Part shown: positions 18,278 through 26,603 of the stretch, one piece after another
Numbering within the stretch: position 1 is the first letter of the stretch
How the letters are laid out: each line of letters starts with the position of its first letter
DNA from: Muribaculaceae bacterium
GTDB lineage: Bacteria; Bacteroidota; Bacteroidia; Bacteroidales; Muribaculaceae
DNA length: 64,000 nt
Assembly (NCBI GenBank): GCA_045646905.1
Contig: JAZRLP010000022.1
Coordinates: forward strand, 37,627 to 101,626
Reading direction: 5' to 3'
Made by a program: the position numbers and the translations under genes
Notes under the pieces: model-generated
Databases searched by the model: none
Told to the model about the DNA's origin: nothing
The model's input: the letters and a program-made list of their open reading frames with translations, nothing else

Positions 18278-20104
18278 TTAGAATTTTTGCATGTCAACAA
18301 GTCGCTTGTAATAACCATTGAGGGCAAGGAGTTCATCGTGGGTTCCGCTCTCAACGATGCGACCTTCGTGCATCACACATATCATGTCGGCATTTTTGAT
18401 TGTTGACAAGCGGTGCGCAATAACGAGTGTAGTGCGATCTTTCATCAAGTGGTCAAGAGCCTGTTGCACGAGTTTTTCGCTTTCAGAGTCGAGCGCCGAA
18501 GTGGCTTCATCGAGAATTAAAATAGGTGGATTTTTGAGGATAGCGCGAGCGATTGAAAGTCGTTGGCGTTGGCCTCCCGATAGTTTGCAACCACGATCGC
18601 CTATATTAGTATTGTACCCATCTTCGGTCTCCATTATAAAGTCGTGGGCATTAGCAATGCGAGCAGCTTCTTCAACTTGCTCCATAGTGGCTTCTTTCAC
18701 GCCAAAAGTAATGTTACCAAAGAATGAGTCGTTAAATAGAATTGCTTCTTGATTTACATTGCCCATAAATGATCGTAGGTCATACACATTAAGGTCTTTG
18801 ATGTTAATACCATCAACATAGATGCCACCGCTATCTACATCATAAAAACGAGGAAGAAGGTCGGCCATAGTCGATTTGCCCGATCCCGATTGTCCCACAA
18901 GTGCTACTGTTGCTCCTGCTGGGATTTTGAGATTTACATTATTTATTACTGGCGTGCTGCCATAGCTAAATGTAACATTGCGATATTCAATGTCGCCTTT
19001 GAACTCTTTAATCGTTTGAGGCGTTTGTGGATCTTTAATTGGATTCTCGCTACTGAGAATCTTATCGACACGCTCCATCGATGCAAGCCCTTTTTGTATC
19101 GCATACGATGCTTTAGAAAGGTCTTTGGCTGGATTGATAATACTATAGAATATCACCATATAATAAATGAACCCGGCCGCATTGATGTCAGACACTCCTC
19201 CGAGAATTAATGTGCCACCAAACCATAGCACAATTGCAATAGCAGTAGTTCCCAATAACTCGCTCATGGGGTGGGCTAATGATTGACGGCGAGCCACATT
19301 GTTTGAAATGTTATAGAATTTTTGAGTTCCGTCGTGGAATCTTTTCTTAACTTTATCTTCGGCGTTAAATGCTTTAATGATGCGTAATCCACTGAGGGTT
19401 TCTTCTAGAAACGACATGATGAGTCCCACTTGATTTTGCCCTTCGAGCGACTTGCGTTTGAGGCGTTTGCCCACTTTACCCATCACATATCCAGCAATAG
19501 GAAGTAGTACTAAAACAAAAAGTGTCAGTTGCCACGATACGGTAATCATCATTGCCAAGCACACGATAATCATTACCGGATTTTTAAACATCATATCGAG
19601 TGATGCCATAATAGAGTTTTCCACCTCGGTAACATCACCACTCATGCGGGCTATAACATCGCCTTTGCGCTCTGATGTGAAGAAGGCTATGGGTAGAGAT
19701 ACGATTTTATCGTAAACGCAATTACGCAAATCGCGAACCACGCCCGAGCGCAATGGAACAATGAAATATGAACTTAAATATGTAGCACCAGTTTTGAGCA
19801 ATGTCATAAATACCAATGCCACAGCAAGCATAGCAAGCGTAAACGATGCCCCATGTTGAGCTAAAATCTCTTGAGTGTAGTAATAAAAATTATTAACAAT
19901 AACATCTTTTGCACTTGCACTATCCCAAGGCATAAAAGAGTAGGTGACTTGTTTTATTTCAAACAACATCTCCAAAATGGGGACGATGATAGCAAATGAG
20001 AATAATGTCAAAAATGCCGCTAAAATATTAAAAATGATATTTAGCGCAATATATTTCTTATAGGGAGCAACAAATCTCCTCAATATCTTAAAAAAATCTT
20101 TCAT
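18278..20104 (-). CDS. ABC transporter ATP-binding protein/permease (MsbA-like exporter)
   Basis: 608 aa with an N-terminal 6-TM domain. Has Walker A GQSGSGKST, signature LSGGQRQR and Walker B LILDEATSALD. Confidence 0.85.
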   Translation of the reverse strand: MKDFFKILRRFVAPYKKYIALNIIFNILAAFLTLFSFAIIVPILEMLFEIKQVTYSFMPWDSASAKDVIVNNFYYYTQEILAQHGASFTLAMLAVALVFMTLLKTGATYLSSYFIVPLRSGVVRDLRNCVYDKIVSLPIAFFTSERKGDVIARMSGDVTEVENSIMASLDMMFKNPVMIIVCLAMMITVSWQLTLFVLVLLPIAGYVMGKVGKRLKRKSLEGQNQVGLIMSFLEETLSGLRIIKAFNAEDKVKKRFHDGTQKFYNISNNVARRQSLAHPMSELLGTTAIAIVLWFGGTLILGGVSDINAAGFIYYMVIFYSIINPAKDLSKASYAIQKGLASMERVDKILSSENPIKDPQTPQTIKEFKGDIEYRNVTFSYGSTPVINNVNLKIPAGATVALVGQSGSGKSTMADLLPRFYDVDSGGIYVDGINIKDLNVYDLRSFMGNVNQEAILFNDSFFGNITFGVKEATMEQVEEAARIANAHDFIMETEDGYNTNIGDRGCKLSGGQRQRLSIARAILKNPPILILDEATSALDSESEKLVQQALDHLMKDRTTLVIAHRLSTIKNADMICVMHEGRIVESGTHDELLALNGYYKRLVDMQKF

Positions 20105-20108
20105 ACCA

Positions 20109-20116
20109 CAAAGTTA
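20109..20116 (-). promoter_or_regulatory. -7 promoter box TAACTTTG only 4 nt from the ATG of the ABC exporter gene
   Basis: Minus strand reads TAACTTTG-TGGT-ATG. Confidence 0.5.
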
Positions 20117-20243
20117 CGGCTTTTTCTTGTGATTTTAGTAATATATGGCTAAAAGGTTGACGAAATGGCTAAAATTGGAAAAATGTTGAAAAAATAATTG
20201 CTAAATTTTAGTAAATCGTTGCCGTGATAACAAATAAATTAGT

Positions 20244-20251
20244 TAAATTTG
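20244..20251 (+). promoter_or_regulatory. -7 promoter box TAAATTTG upstream of mdh
   Basis: Matches TAnnTTTG, about 72 nt upstream of ATG 20324. Confidence 0.5.
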
Positions 20252-20323
20252 CATTGTTATATTGTCCAACTATGGATTGTTGAAAAAATTATTATATAAA
20301 ACTATTTATAAATAAACAGAATT

Positions 20324-21250
20324 ATGTCAAAAGTTACAGTTGTAGGCGCTGGTAATGTAGGCGCAACTTGTGCAAATGTATTGGTAACAACAGGTGTTGC
20401 TGATGAAGTAGTATTGATCGACATCAAAGAAGGTCTTTCAGAAGGTAAATCAATGGATATCATGCAAACTGCAAATATCCTTAACATCAACACTCGTCTC
20501 ACTGGTGTTACTAACGATTATGAAAAAACTGCAGGTAGCGATGTAGTTGTTATCACTTCAGGTATTCCTCGCAAACCAGGTATGACTCGCGAAGAACTTA
20601 TCGGTGTTAACGCTGGTATCGTAAAATCAGTTACTGACAATGTATTGAAATATTCTCCCGATGCTGTTATCGTGTGCGTATCTAACCCAATGGATACAAT
20701 GACTTACCTTATCCATAAAACAAGTGGTCTTCCTAAAAACCGTATCATCGGTATGGGTGGTGCTCTTGATAGCGCTCGTTTCAAATTCTATTTGAGCCAA
20801 GCTCTCAACGCTAATCCTAACGAAATCGAAGGTATGGTAATCGGTGGTCACGGTGACACTACTATGATTCCTTTGACTCGCTTTGCGGCTTATCGTGGAG
20901 TTCCTGCTTCTACTCTTCTTGAAGCTGACACTCTCGCTAAAGTTGCTGCCGACACAATGGTAGGTGGTGCTACATTGACAGGCCTTCTTGGCACTTCAGC
21001 TTGGTATGCTCCAGGTGCTGCTGCTGCTCAAGTTGCTGCTGCTGTTATCCACGACCAAAAGAAACTTATCCCTTGTAGCGCAATGCTCGAAGGCGAATAT
21101 GGCGAAAGCGACATCTGCATCGGTGTTCCTTGTATCCTCGGTAAAGGTGGTATCGAAAAAATCGTTGAATTTGACCTCAACGACGAAGAAAAAGCACTCT
21201 TCAAGAAAAGTGCTGATGCTGTTCGCAACACAAATGCTGCACTCGCTTAA
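20324..21250 (+). CDS. mdh: malate dehydrogenase (LDH-like family)
   Basis: Has VTVVGAGNVGATCA (Rossmann), GIPRKPGMTREEL and GGHGDTM motifs. Confidence 0.9.
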   Translation: MSKVTVVGAGNVGATCANVLVTTGVADEVVLIDIKEGLSEGKSMDIMQTANILNINTRLTGVTNDYEKTAGSDVVVITSGIPRKPGMTREELIGVNAGIVKSVTDNVLKYSPDAVIVCVSNPMDTMTYLIHKTSGLPKNRIIGMGGALDSARFKFYLSQALNANPNEIEGMVIGGHGDTTMIPLTRFAAYRGVPASTLLEADTLAKVAADTMVGGATLTGLLGTSAWYAPGAAAAQVAAAVIHDQKKLIPCSAMLEGEYGESDICIGVPCILGKGGIEKIVEFDLNDEEKALFKKSADAVRNTNAALA

Positions 21251-21276
21251 TAAATTAGCAAGTTAACAAAATATTA

Positions 21277-21312
21277 TGGAGCATACTTGTTGCATGCAAC
21301 ATGTGTGCTCCA
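21277..21312 (+). terminator. long hairpin after mdh (no clear U-run)
   Basis: GGAGCATACTTGTTGCA/TGCAACATGTGTGCTCC imperfect palindrome. Confidence 0.4.
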
Positions 21313-21333
21313 TTAATATAATACATATCTTTT

Positions 21334-21846
21334 ATGAAAGAGATTAATCCTATAGAAATCACCGATAATTTCATCCGTCTCATATCAAGCGATTGGATGC
21401 TTATTACAGCCGGTGATGAAGCTAAATATAATATGATGACTGCCAGTTGGGGTGGCGTAGGAGAGTTGTGGGGTAAACATGTAGCAACTGCATATGTGCG
21501 ACCCGAACGCTATACCGATGAATTTATAGCACGCTCACATCGTTTCACCCTTTCATTCTTTGACGCCGATATGAAGAAGATGCTTGGTGTGATGGGAAAG
21601 GAGAGCGGTCGCAACTTTGATAAAATGAGTTATGAAGGATTAACCTCAAAAATATTGCCTTCGGGGCAAGTGACTTTTGAAGAAGCACGATTGGTGCTAG
21701 ATTGTAAAGTGCTATATGTTGATGAATTAAAGGCAGAGAAGTTTTTAGACAAAGAATCTCTTGCAAAATGGTATAACGATGGTCCTGGTGGATCATTGCA
21801 CAATGTGTATATAGCCGAAATTGTTGGCGCTTGGATAAAAGAATAA
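21334..21846 (+). CDS. flavin reductase-like FMN-binding domain protein
   Basis: 170 aa with a typical N-terminal region (LITAGDEAKYNMMTASWGG). Confidence 0.7.
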   Translation: MKEINPIEITDNFIRLISSDWMLITAGDEAKYNMMTASWGGVGELWGKHVATAYVRPERYTDEFIARSHRFTLSFFDADMKKMLGVMGKESGRNFDKMSYEGLTSKILPSGQVTFEEARLVLDCKVLYVDELKAEKFLDKESLAKWYNDGPGGSLHNVYIAEIVGAWIKE

Positions 21847-21854
21847 TAAATGAG

Positions 21855-22592
21855 ATGAAAAAGTTAATCTATTTATTAGCAGTTTTAGGCTTGGCCATGA
21901 CTATGTCGTGTGGCAACTCGGCAAAACGGGAACAAGAAATCCGCGACTCATTACGCGTCGATTCGATAAAGAAAGACTCAATTATTCGTGCAAAAATAGA
22001 TTCTATTCGCAAAGACTCAATGTGGCGTTATCGCGTAACTCCCGACTTGGCTCTTTTTGAACTTCATGGTCCTGTGAAAAGTGTGAGCAATTCTGCAAGT
22101 AATGGCTATTATGTCACATTTAGCGAATCGGGAGAAGCGCAAGGTATAAAGATTATATCTCAATTTTATTCAATAAAACGTGATAGTGAAGGTAGAATTA
22201 TGAAAATTAGTCATAAAAGTAATGTTTATGGCGGATGTTATCAAATTGATACTTATAGCTATGTATATGGCAAAGATGGTTTCCCTGTAAAAGAAAAATA
22301 TGATTGTTTAGAGTGTGGTGATGGATTTTCGGAACCAATGAACTCCACAACAACAAAAATTCAATATGATGAAAATTATAATGTAGTTAAGCGAACTGCT
22401 GAAGGAGGGGGACCAGAAGGTGTATATTGGGAAACCCAATCATATACAATTATAGATGTTGATGAGTTTGGAAACTGGATAAAACGAAAATGTAAACACA
22501 AATATTCATACGCTGAAGAGCCAGACTATAATCATTCTACAACCACAACTGAAACTCGAAAAATAACTTATTACGAACGCGAAAATAAATAA
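21855..22592 (+). CDS. hypothetical lipoprotein (tandem paralog 1)
   Basis: Internal ATG gives MKKLIYLLAVLGLAMTMSCGNS (lipobox). The first ~70 mature residues are highly similar to the next gene, and the C-terminal part is divergent. Confidence 0.6.
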   Translation: MKKLIYLLAVLGLAMTMSCGNSAKREQEIRDSLRVDSIKKDSIIRAKIDSIRKDSMWRYRVTPDLALFELHGPVKSVSNSASNGYYVTFSESGEAQGIKIISQFYSIKRDSEGRIMKISHKSNVYGGCYQIDTYSYVYGKDGFPVKEKYDCLECGDGFSEPMNSTTTKIQYDENYNVVKRTAEGGGPEGVYWETQSYTIIDVDEFGNWIKRKCKHKYSYAEEPDYNHSTTTTETRKITYYERENK

Positions 22593-22597
22593 ATGAT

Positions 22598-23305
22598 ATG
22601 AAAAAGTTAGCATTATTATTTGCCGCAATGGTTGTTGTGTTGTCAACATCGTGTGGCAGTTCGGCAAAACGAGAACAAGAAATACGCGATTCATTACGCG
22701 CTGATTCAATAATGAGAGATTCAATCCTTCGTGCGAAATTAGACTCTATCCGCGAAGACTCAATGTGGCGCAATCGCGAAACTCCCGATTTGGCTCTTTT
22801 TAACCTTCATGGCCCAGTAAAGAGTGTGACATTTAATAAAGGGATATATGCTGACTTTGTAAAAACTATGATATTCTCAAAAGATGGAAAATTACAAAGT
22901 GTAGCGAGACATAATATCAAACGTAATGGAGAGGGAATCGTAACACAATTGAGTAAACCTAGTGATTTTGGCTCAATACCTGATGCGTTAGATTTTACTT
23001 GTGATAAACAAAATCGTCCGGTTTCGGTGTTTGTTGGAGGCCATGAATATGGTTACACAAATAGATATACCTATGATGAAAATGGATTTATTGCTTCTGA
23101 ATCGTGTAAAGGTGCAGCTGAAAGTTTGGAATTTCATGATGTTACAAGATATAAATATTTAAATATCGATAACTATGGTAACTGGACTTCTCGCAAGGCA
23201 ACAGAGGTTGAAACAATAATAGATTTATGTGATGAAGAATCAGGACCAGAGAGAAAAACTACAACTAGAACAGAATCTCGCATAATAACCTATTACGAAA
23301 AATAA
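22598..23305 (+). CDS. hypothetical lipoprotein (tandem paralog 2)
   Basis: MKKLALLFAAMVVVLSTSCGSS (lipobox). Shares the SAKREQEIRDSLR.DSI..DSI.RAK.DSIR.DSMWR.R.TPDLALF.LHGPVKSV module with 21855..22592. Confidence 0.6.
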   Translation: MKKLALLFAAMVVVLSTSCGSSAKREQEIRDSLRADSIMRDSILRAKLDSIREDSMWRNRETPDLALFNLHGPVKSVTFNKGIYADFVKTMIFSKDGKLQSVARHNIKRNGEGIVTQLSKPSDFGSIPDALDFTCDKQNRPVSVFVGGHEYGYTNRYTYDENGFIASESCKGAAESLEFHDVTRYKYLNIDNYGNWTSRKATEVETIIDLCDEESGPERKTTTRTESRIITYYEK

Positions 23306-23332
23306 AAAACAAAAAATAAAAACATTAAAATT

Positions 23333-23863
23333 ATGAAGAAAGTAAAATTTTTATTTGTGGCTGCTGTGGCTGTAATGATGATGTCGTGTGGCTCAAGCAG
23401 TACTGAAAAAGGTGGCAATGATTCAACTGCAACAAGTGAAACTGCTCAAGTAGCAGGTCCTGAAGGTGAAACTGATAAAAAAGTTGAGTCAATACCTGCC
23501 GAAGAGGCTGTTATTTCTTACAATGGCAAATTGCTTGATGTTCCTGCTGGTAGTGTGTTAACTCCTGCAACAATTCAAGCGACTGCGCACCCAACTTTGA
23601 TCGAATTTGGAGCTACATGGTGCGGCCCTTGCAAACAAGCTAAACCAATCGTAGAAAATCTTGCTGGTAAATATGAAGGTAAGGCTGAATTCCTTTATGT
23701 TGACATTGATAACAATGCTCAAATAGCAAAAGAATTTGGAGTTGGGCAATCTATCCCTGTTGTGGTTGTTGCTAAAGCTGATGGCTCTTTTGTGAAAGTA
23801 GAAGGGCTTGACAATATTAAAACCCAACTTGAAGGCAAACTTCAAGAAGCAATCAAAAAATAA
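23333..23863 (+). CDS. thioredoxin-family lipoprotein
   Basis: Has a lipobox (MMSCGSS) and a WCGPCK active site. Confidence 0.8.
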   Translation: MKKVKFLFVAAVAVMMMSCGSSSTEKGGNDSTATSETAQVAGPEGETDKKVESIPAEEAVISYNGKLLDVPAGSVLTPATIQATAHPTLIEFGATWCGPCKQAKPIVENLAGKYEGKAEFLYVDIDNNAQIAKEFGVGQSIPVVVVAKADGSFVKVEGLDNIKTQLEGKLQEAIKK

Positions 23864-23883
23864 CTTTTTATTGTGATATATAT

Positions 23884-23921
23884 GTGGCGAGATGACAAGA
23901 TGTTGTCTCGCCACTTTTTTT
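23884..23921 (+). terminator. rho-independent terminator
   Basis: GTGGCGAGA..ACAA / TTGT..TCTCGCCAC stem followed by a T7 run. Confidence 0.8.
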
Positions 23922-24027
23922 ATTAAAAAATAAATTTATCGCGATGATATGTGCGCATTTGAGCGAAGAATTGATGACAAGTGTGCAAAAAAGATATAAA
24001 AATAGTAACTATTTAAAAATAAAGGTG

Positions 24028-24035
24028 TATATTTG
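24028..24035 (+). promoter_or_regulatory. -7 promoter box TATATTTG upstream of tRNA-Gly
   Basis: Matches TAnnTTTG, 11 nt upstream of the mature tRNA 5' end. Confidence 0.55.
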
Positions 24036-24046
24036 CAAGCCGAATT

Positions 24047-24119
24047 GCGGTAATAGCTCAGTTGGTAGAGCATCAGCTTCCCAAGCTGAGGGTCGCGAGT
24101 TCGAGCCTCGTTTACCGCT
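24047..24119 (+). tRNA. tRNA-Gly (anticodon CCC)
   Basis: Acceptor stem GCGGTAA/TTACCGC, D-arm TAGCTCAGTTGGTAGAGCA, anticodon stem TCAGC/GCTGA with loop TTCCCAA, T-arm GCGAGTTCGAGCCTCGT. No CCA is encoded. Confidence 0.9.
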
Positions 24120-24150
24120 CATACGTAAGACAAAAACTAATATAAAACTG

Positions 24151-24184
24151 AAAAAGCCTCTCACTGTTGAAGTGCGAGGCTTTT
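24151..24184. terminator. bidirectional terminator between tRNA-Gly and the convergent His-rich lipoprotein gene
   Basis: AAAAA-GCCTCTCAC ... GTGCGAGGC-TTTT. Confidence 0.7.
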
Positions 24185-24210
24185 GCTATAATAGAGGTTG
24201 AGTGTTTTAA

Positions 24211-24696
24211 TTAATGGTTGTGCCCATGATGGTCGTGTCCGTCACAATTTTCGTGGTCGTGGTGTTCATGGCCTTCGTGATTGTGAGCGCTAGCACATTC
24301 TTTTACACCTAGTTTTATTGCAGTGATTGAATCGTGAGCATTTTCGCCATGGTGATGGTGGTCGATAAAGATTGACACAGTATCGCCTGCTTGCCATGCT
24401 GCGATTTTATCTTGGTTTGACTTTGAATAGTCAAACTCTTTGTTCTCGCCGTTAAGAGTTTTAATGGCGATTTTTCCCGATGTATAATCACCTTGTTGAG
24501 CAATACCCACCACTACCATTTCGTGGTTGTGGCCTTCGCAAGCATCGCCATGAGCATGTTCGTGTTCATGATTGTGCTCGGTGCATGCAGTTGTGTCGTG
24601 AGCGCCTTCGGCAGCGTTTTTGTCGCTGCCTGAAGATGCACATGATGTTATGGCAATCGCAATAGCTGCGATGCTGAATAATTTAAATACTTTCAT
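24211..24696 (-). CDS. histidine-rich lipoprotein (putative metal-binding)
   Basis: Has a lipobox (AITSCASS). His/Glu/Asp/Cys clusters include HNHEHEHAHGDACEGHNHE, DHHHHGENAHD and HNHEGHEHHDHENCDGHDHHGHNH. The start overlaps the upstream stop (TAATG). Confidence 0.7.
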   Translation of the reverse strand: MKVFKLFSIAAIAIAITSCASSGSDKNAAEGAHDTTACTEHNHEHEHAHGDACEGHNHEMVVVGIAQQGDYTSGKIAIKTLNGENKEFDYSKSNQDKIAAWQAGDTVSIFIDHHHHGENAHDSITAIKLGVKECASAHNHEGHEHHDHENCDGHDHHGHNH

Positions 24697-26378
24697 TAGA
24701 GGAGTGATGAAAGATTGAAATTAGTAAATTCGGGATCTTTGATAGCTTTTGCAGCGAGTGAACTGTCGAGTTTAGCAGCTTGACGAAGATTGTTGATTAC
24801 CAAGCTCTCGTTGTTAGTGCGAGCACCAAGTACAGCCATCAAATAATAAGATGTAGCATCGGGGGTAGTGATTGATGCAAGAGTTTTCTTTGCTTTGCTG
24901 TAATCTTTAGTTAAGATTTGTGCGAGAGCAGCATTGTTTGTTTTGCTATCGCCAAATGCTTTGGCTGCAGCCACATTGTTGCCTGTTTTGAGGTAGTAAA
25001 CACCGAGTGCTTCATTTACAGCGTCAATGCCACCAGCGTTACCCAATTGTTCGTTAGCTTTGTTGTATTCGCCGTTGAGCATAGAGATGAGACCGAGGTT
25101 CATGCTTGCTTCGCTTGAAGGGTTGATGCTTGCTGCTTTTTTGAAGTTGGCAGTAGCCGAAGTGTAATCTTTAGCAACAAATTGGCAAGCACCAAGGTTG
25201 TTGAATGCACGGAAGTCGTTGCCATAGATGCCAGCAGTAGTGTTGTAGATTTCAATCTTTTTGTTGTTGTCATTGGTCAATGTAGCGCAGTAGAGCAATT
25301 CATCAACAGTTAATGATTTAGGATCATTTTCATAAGCTTCTTTGATTTGTTCGTCGCTTTTGCCAATTACATCAACTGTGGCAGTGAGGCGAGAGTAACG
25401 AAGTTGAGGAAGAATTTCAACTGCAAGTTGATCAAATACCGATGACAAGTTGCGAATTTCTTTTTCACGCACTTCGGGGTCTTGATACATTGAAAGAACA
25501 CTCAATATAAGTTCTTTGTCTTGGATATTGCTTTCAGCAACAAGGTTTTGGAAACCTTCCCAGTCTTGTGCAGTGAATTGAGCAGTAAGTTCGCCAAATT
25601 CAGCAATTTGTTGGTCTTTCAAGTGCTTTTCAAGATAAGCGCTTGTGTTTTTTTCGCGTTTTTCAGCGAGGTTTTTGTTGTATTCATAACCACCTTCGGG
25701 TGAAGCGTATGAAGAAATGTTGATTTCTTTAATTTGACGAGTTGAGTCGGCATTTGCGTTAGCAAGTTGTTGGTTGAATGTTTGCATTGCTTCGCTACGC
25801 AATTCTCCATCGCGAATGTTTGCTTTGTTGATAAGGAACTTGATGTCGGCCGAGTATTTTTCGTTGATTACGCGTTGGAATTTGTCGGGAGCGATAGCAG
25901 GAGTAGTGCTTTCAACGCTTGCGATAGCTGCAGTAGTGTTGATGCCTTGAGAAACTTTTACGCGAGGAAGAACATATTGTTTCTTGCCTTGTTTTACATC
26001 AAAGTTAAGATACAATTCGGCATCTTCCATGTTTGGTTGATAATCATAAGAAACAGGGATGGTAACAGTTCCACCATTATCGTAGCTGATAACAGGGCTA
26101 TTGCCACGCACTTTCTCACCTTGATATGTATAGGCTTGTGAAGCGATTTCAGTGCCATTTACATTGAGGTAAGGGGTAACAGTAACTTCGGCGTTCTTAA
26201 CAAAGATTTTAGCAGGAATTTTACCTGTAATAGTGCCAGGAACTTTTTCGCCTGAAACTTCAAGCGGATTGGGATTGACAGAGAAATAATTGCTGTCAAA
26301 TTGAGAGATTTTTTTGTTGCAACCGGTAAGAATAGTTGCGCCACCCACAAAGAGTGCAAGTAACAGTTTTTTGTTCAT
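24696..26378 (-). CDS. TPR-repeat lipoprotein (conserved Bacteroidetes hypothetical)
   Basis: 560 aa with a lipobox (ILTGCNKK). The C-terminal third is TPR-like (repeated A..N.G......Y..A...F..A). The central segment SYASPEGGYEYNKNLAEKREKNTSAYL weakly recalls OmpA-like domains. Confidence 0.65.
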   Translation of the reverse strand: MNKKLLLALFVGGATILTGCNKKISQFDSNYFSVNPNPLEVSGEKVPGTITGKIPAKIFVKNAEVTVTPYLNVNGTEIASQAYTYQGEKVRGNSPVISYDNGGTVTIPVSYDYQPNMEDAELYLNFDVKQGKKQYVLPRVKVSQGINTTAAIASVESTTPAIAPDKFQRVINEKYSADIKFLINKANIRDGELRSEAMQTFNQQLANANADSTRQIKEINISSYASPEGGYEYNKNLAEKREKNTSAYLEKHLKDQQIAEFGELTAQFTAQDWEGFQNLVAESNIQDKELILSVLSMYQDPEVREKEIRNLSSVFDQLAVEILPQLRYSRLTATVDVIGKSDEQIKEAYENDPKSLTVDELLYCATLTNDNNKKIEIYNTTAGIYGNDFRAFNNLGACQFVAKDYTSATANFKKAASINPSSEASMNLGLISMLNGEYNKANEQLGNAGGIDAVNEALGVYYLKTGNNVAAAKAFGDSKTNNAALAQILTKDYSKAKKTLASITTPDATSYYLMAVLGARTNNESLVINNLRQAAKLDSSLAAKAIKDPEFTNFNLSSLL

Positions 26379-26435
26379 TTTATTTAGTTTTAATTGTTAT
26401 ATATTTCTACTTTGCCTAGATATCGTAATTTGCTG

Positions 26436-26443
26436 CAAAAATA
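26436..26443 (-). promoter_or_regulatory. -7 promoter box TATTTTTG (minus strand) upstream of the TPR lipoprotein gene
   Basis: Reverse complement of CAAAAATA matches TAnnTTTG. Confidence 0.4.
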
Positions 26444-26538
26444 GTAATAAAAACCGAGTTAATGCTTATTTTTTTATTAAGATGTGTCAAATTTTAAATA
26501 AATAATGTAAGAGTAATGAATAAATGAGGAATTATATT

Positions 26539-26546
26539 TAAATTTG
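26539..26546 (+). promoter_or_regulatory. -7 promoter box TAAATTTG upstream of speA
   Basis: Matches TAnnTTTG, about 57 nt upstream of ATG 26604. Confidence 0.5.
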
Positions 26547-26603
26547 TCGTTCAATTTGTGTGTTAAGCGAAATTTATTAAAACAAATTTTATACTTTTAG
26601 CCG

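Noticed and set aside
18318-18752. 144-aa + strand ORF, and similar ORFs at 18890..19210 and 19452..19715
   Set aside because: It is antisense to the MsbA-like ABC exporter gene, which has intact Walker and signature motifs. It has no promoter or terminator context of its own.
23944-24201. 85-aa + strand ORF in the ORF track
   Set aside because: It runs straight through the tRNA-Gly(CCC) gene (24047..24119) and its terminator. The translation is an artefact of the tRNA sequence (SSVGRASASQAEGREFEPRLP).
26379-26603. AT-rich 225-bp gap between the TPR lipoprotein gene and speA as a possible extra element
   Set aside because: It is explained by two divergent promoters (-7 boxes at 26436..26443 on the minus strand and 26539..26546 on the plus strand). 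It contains no hairpin/terminator unit or repeat.
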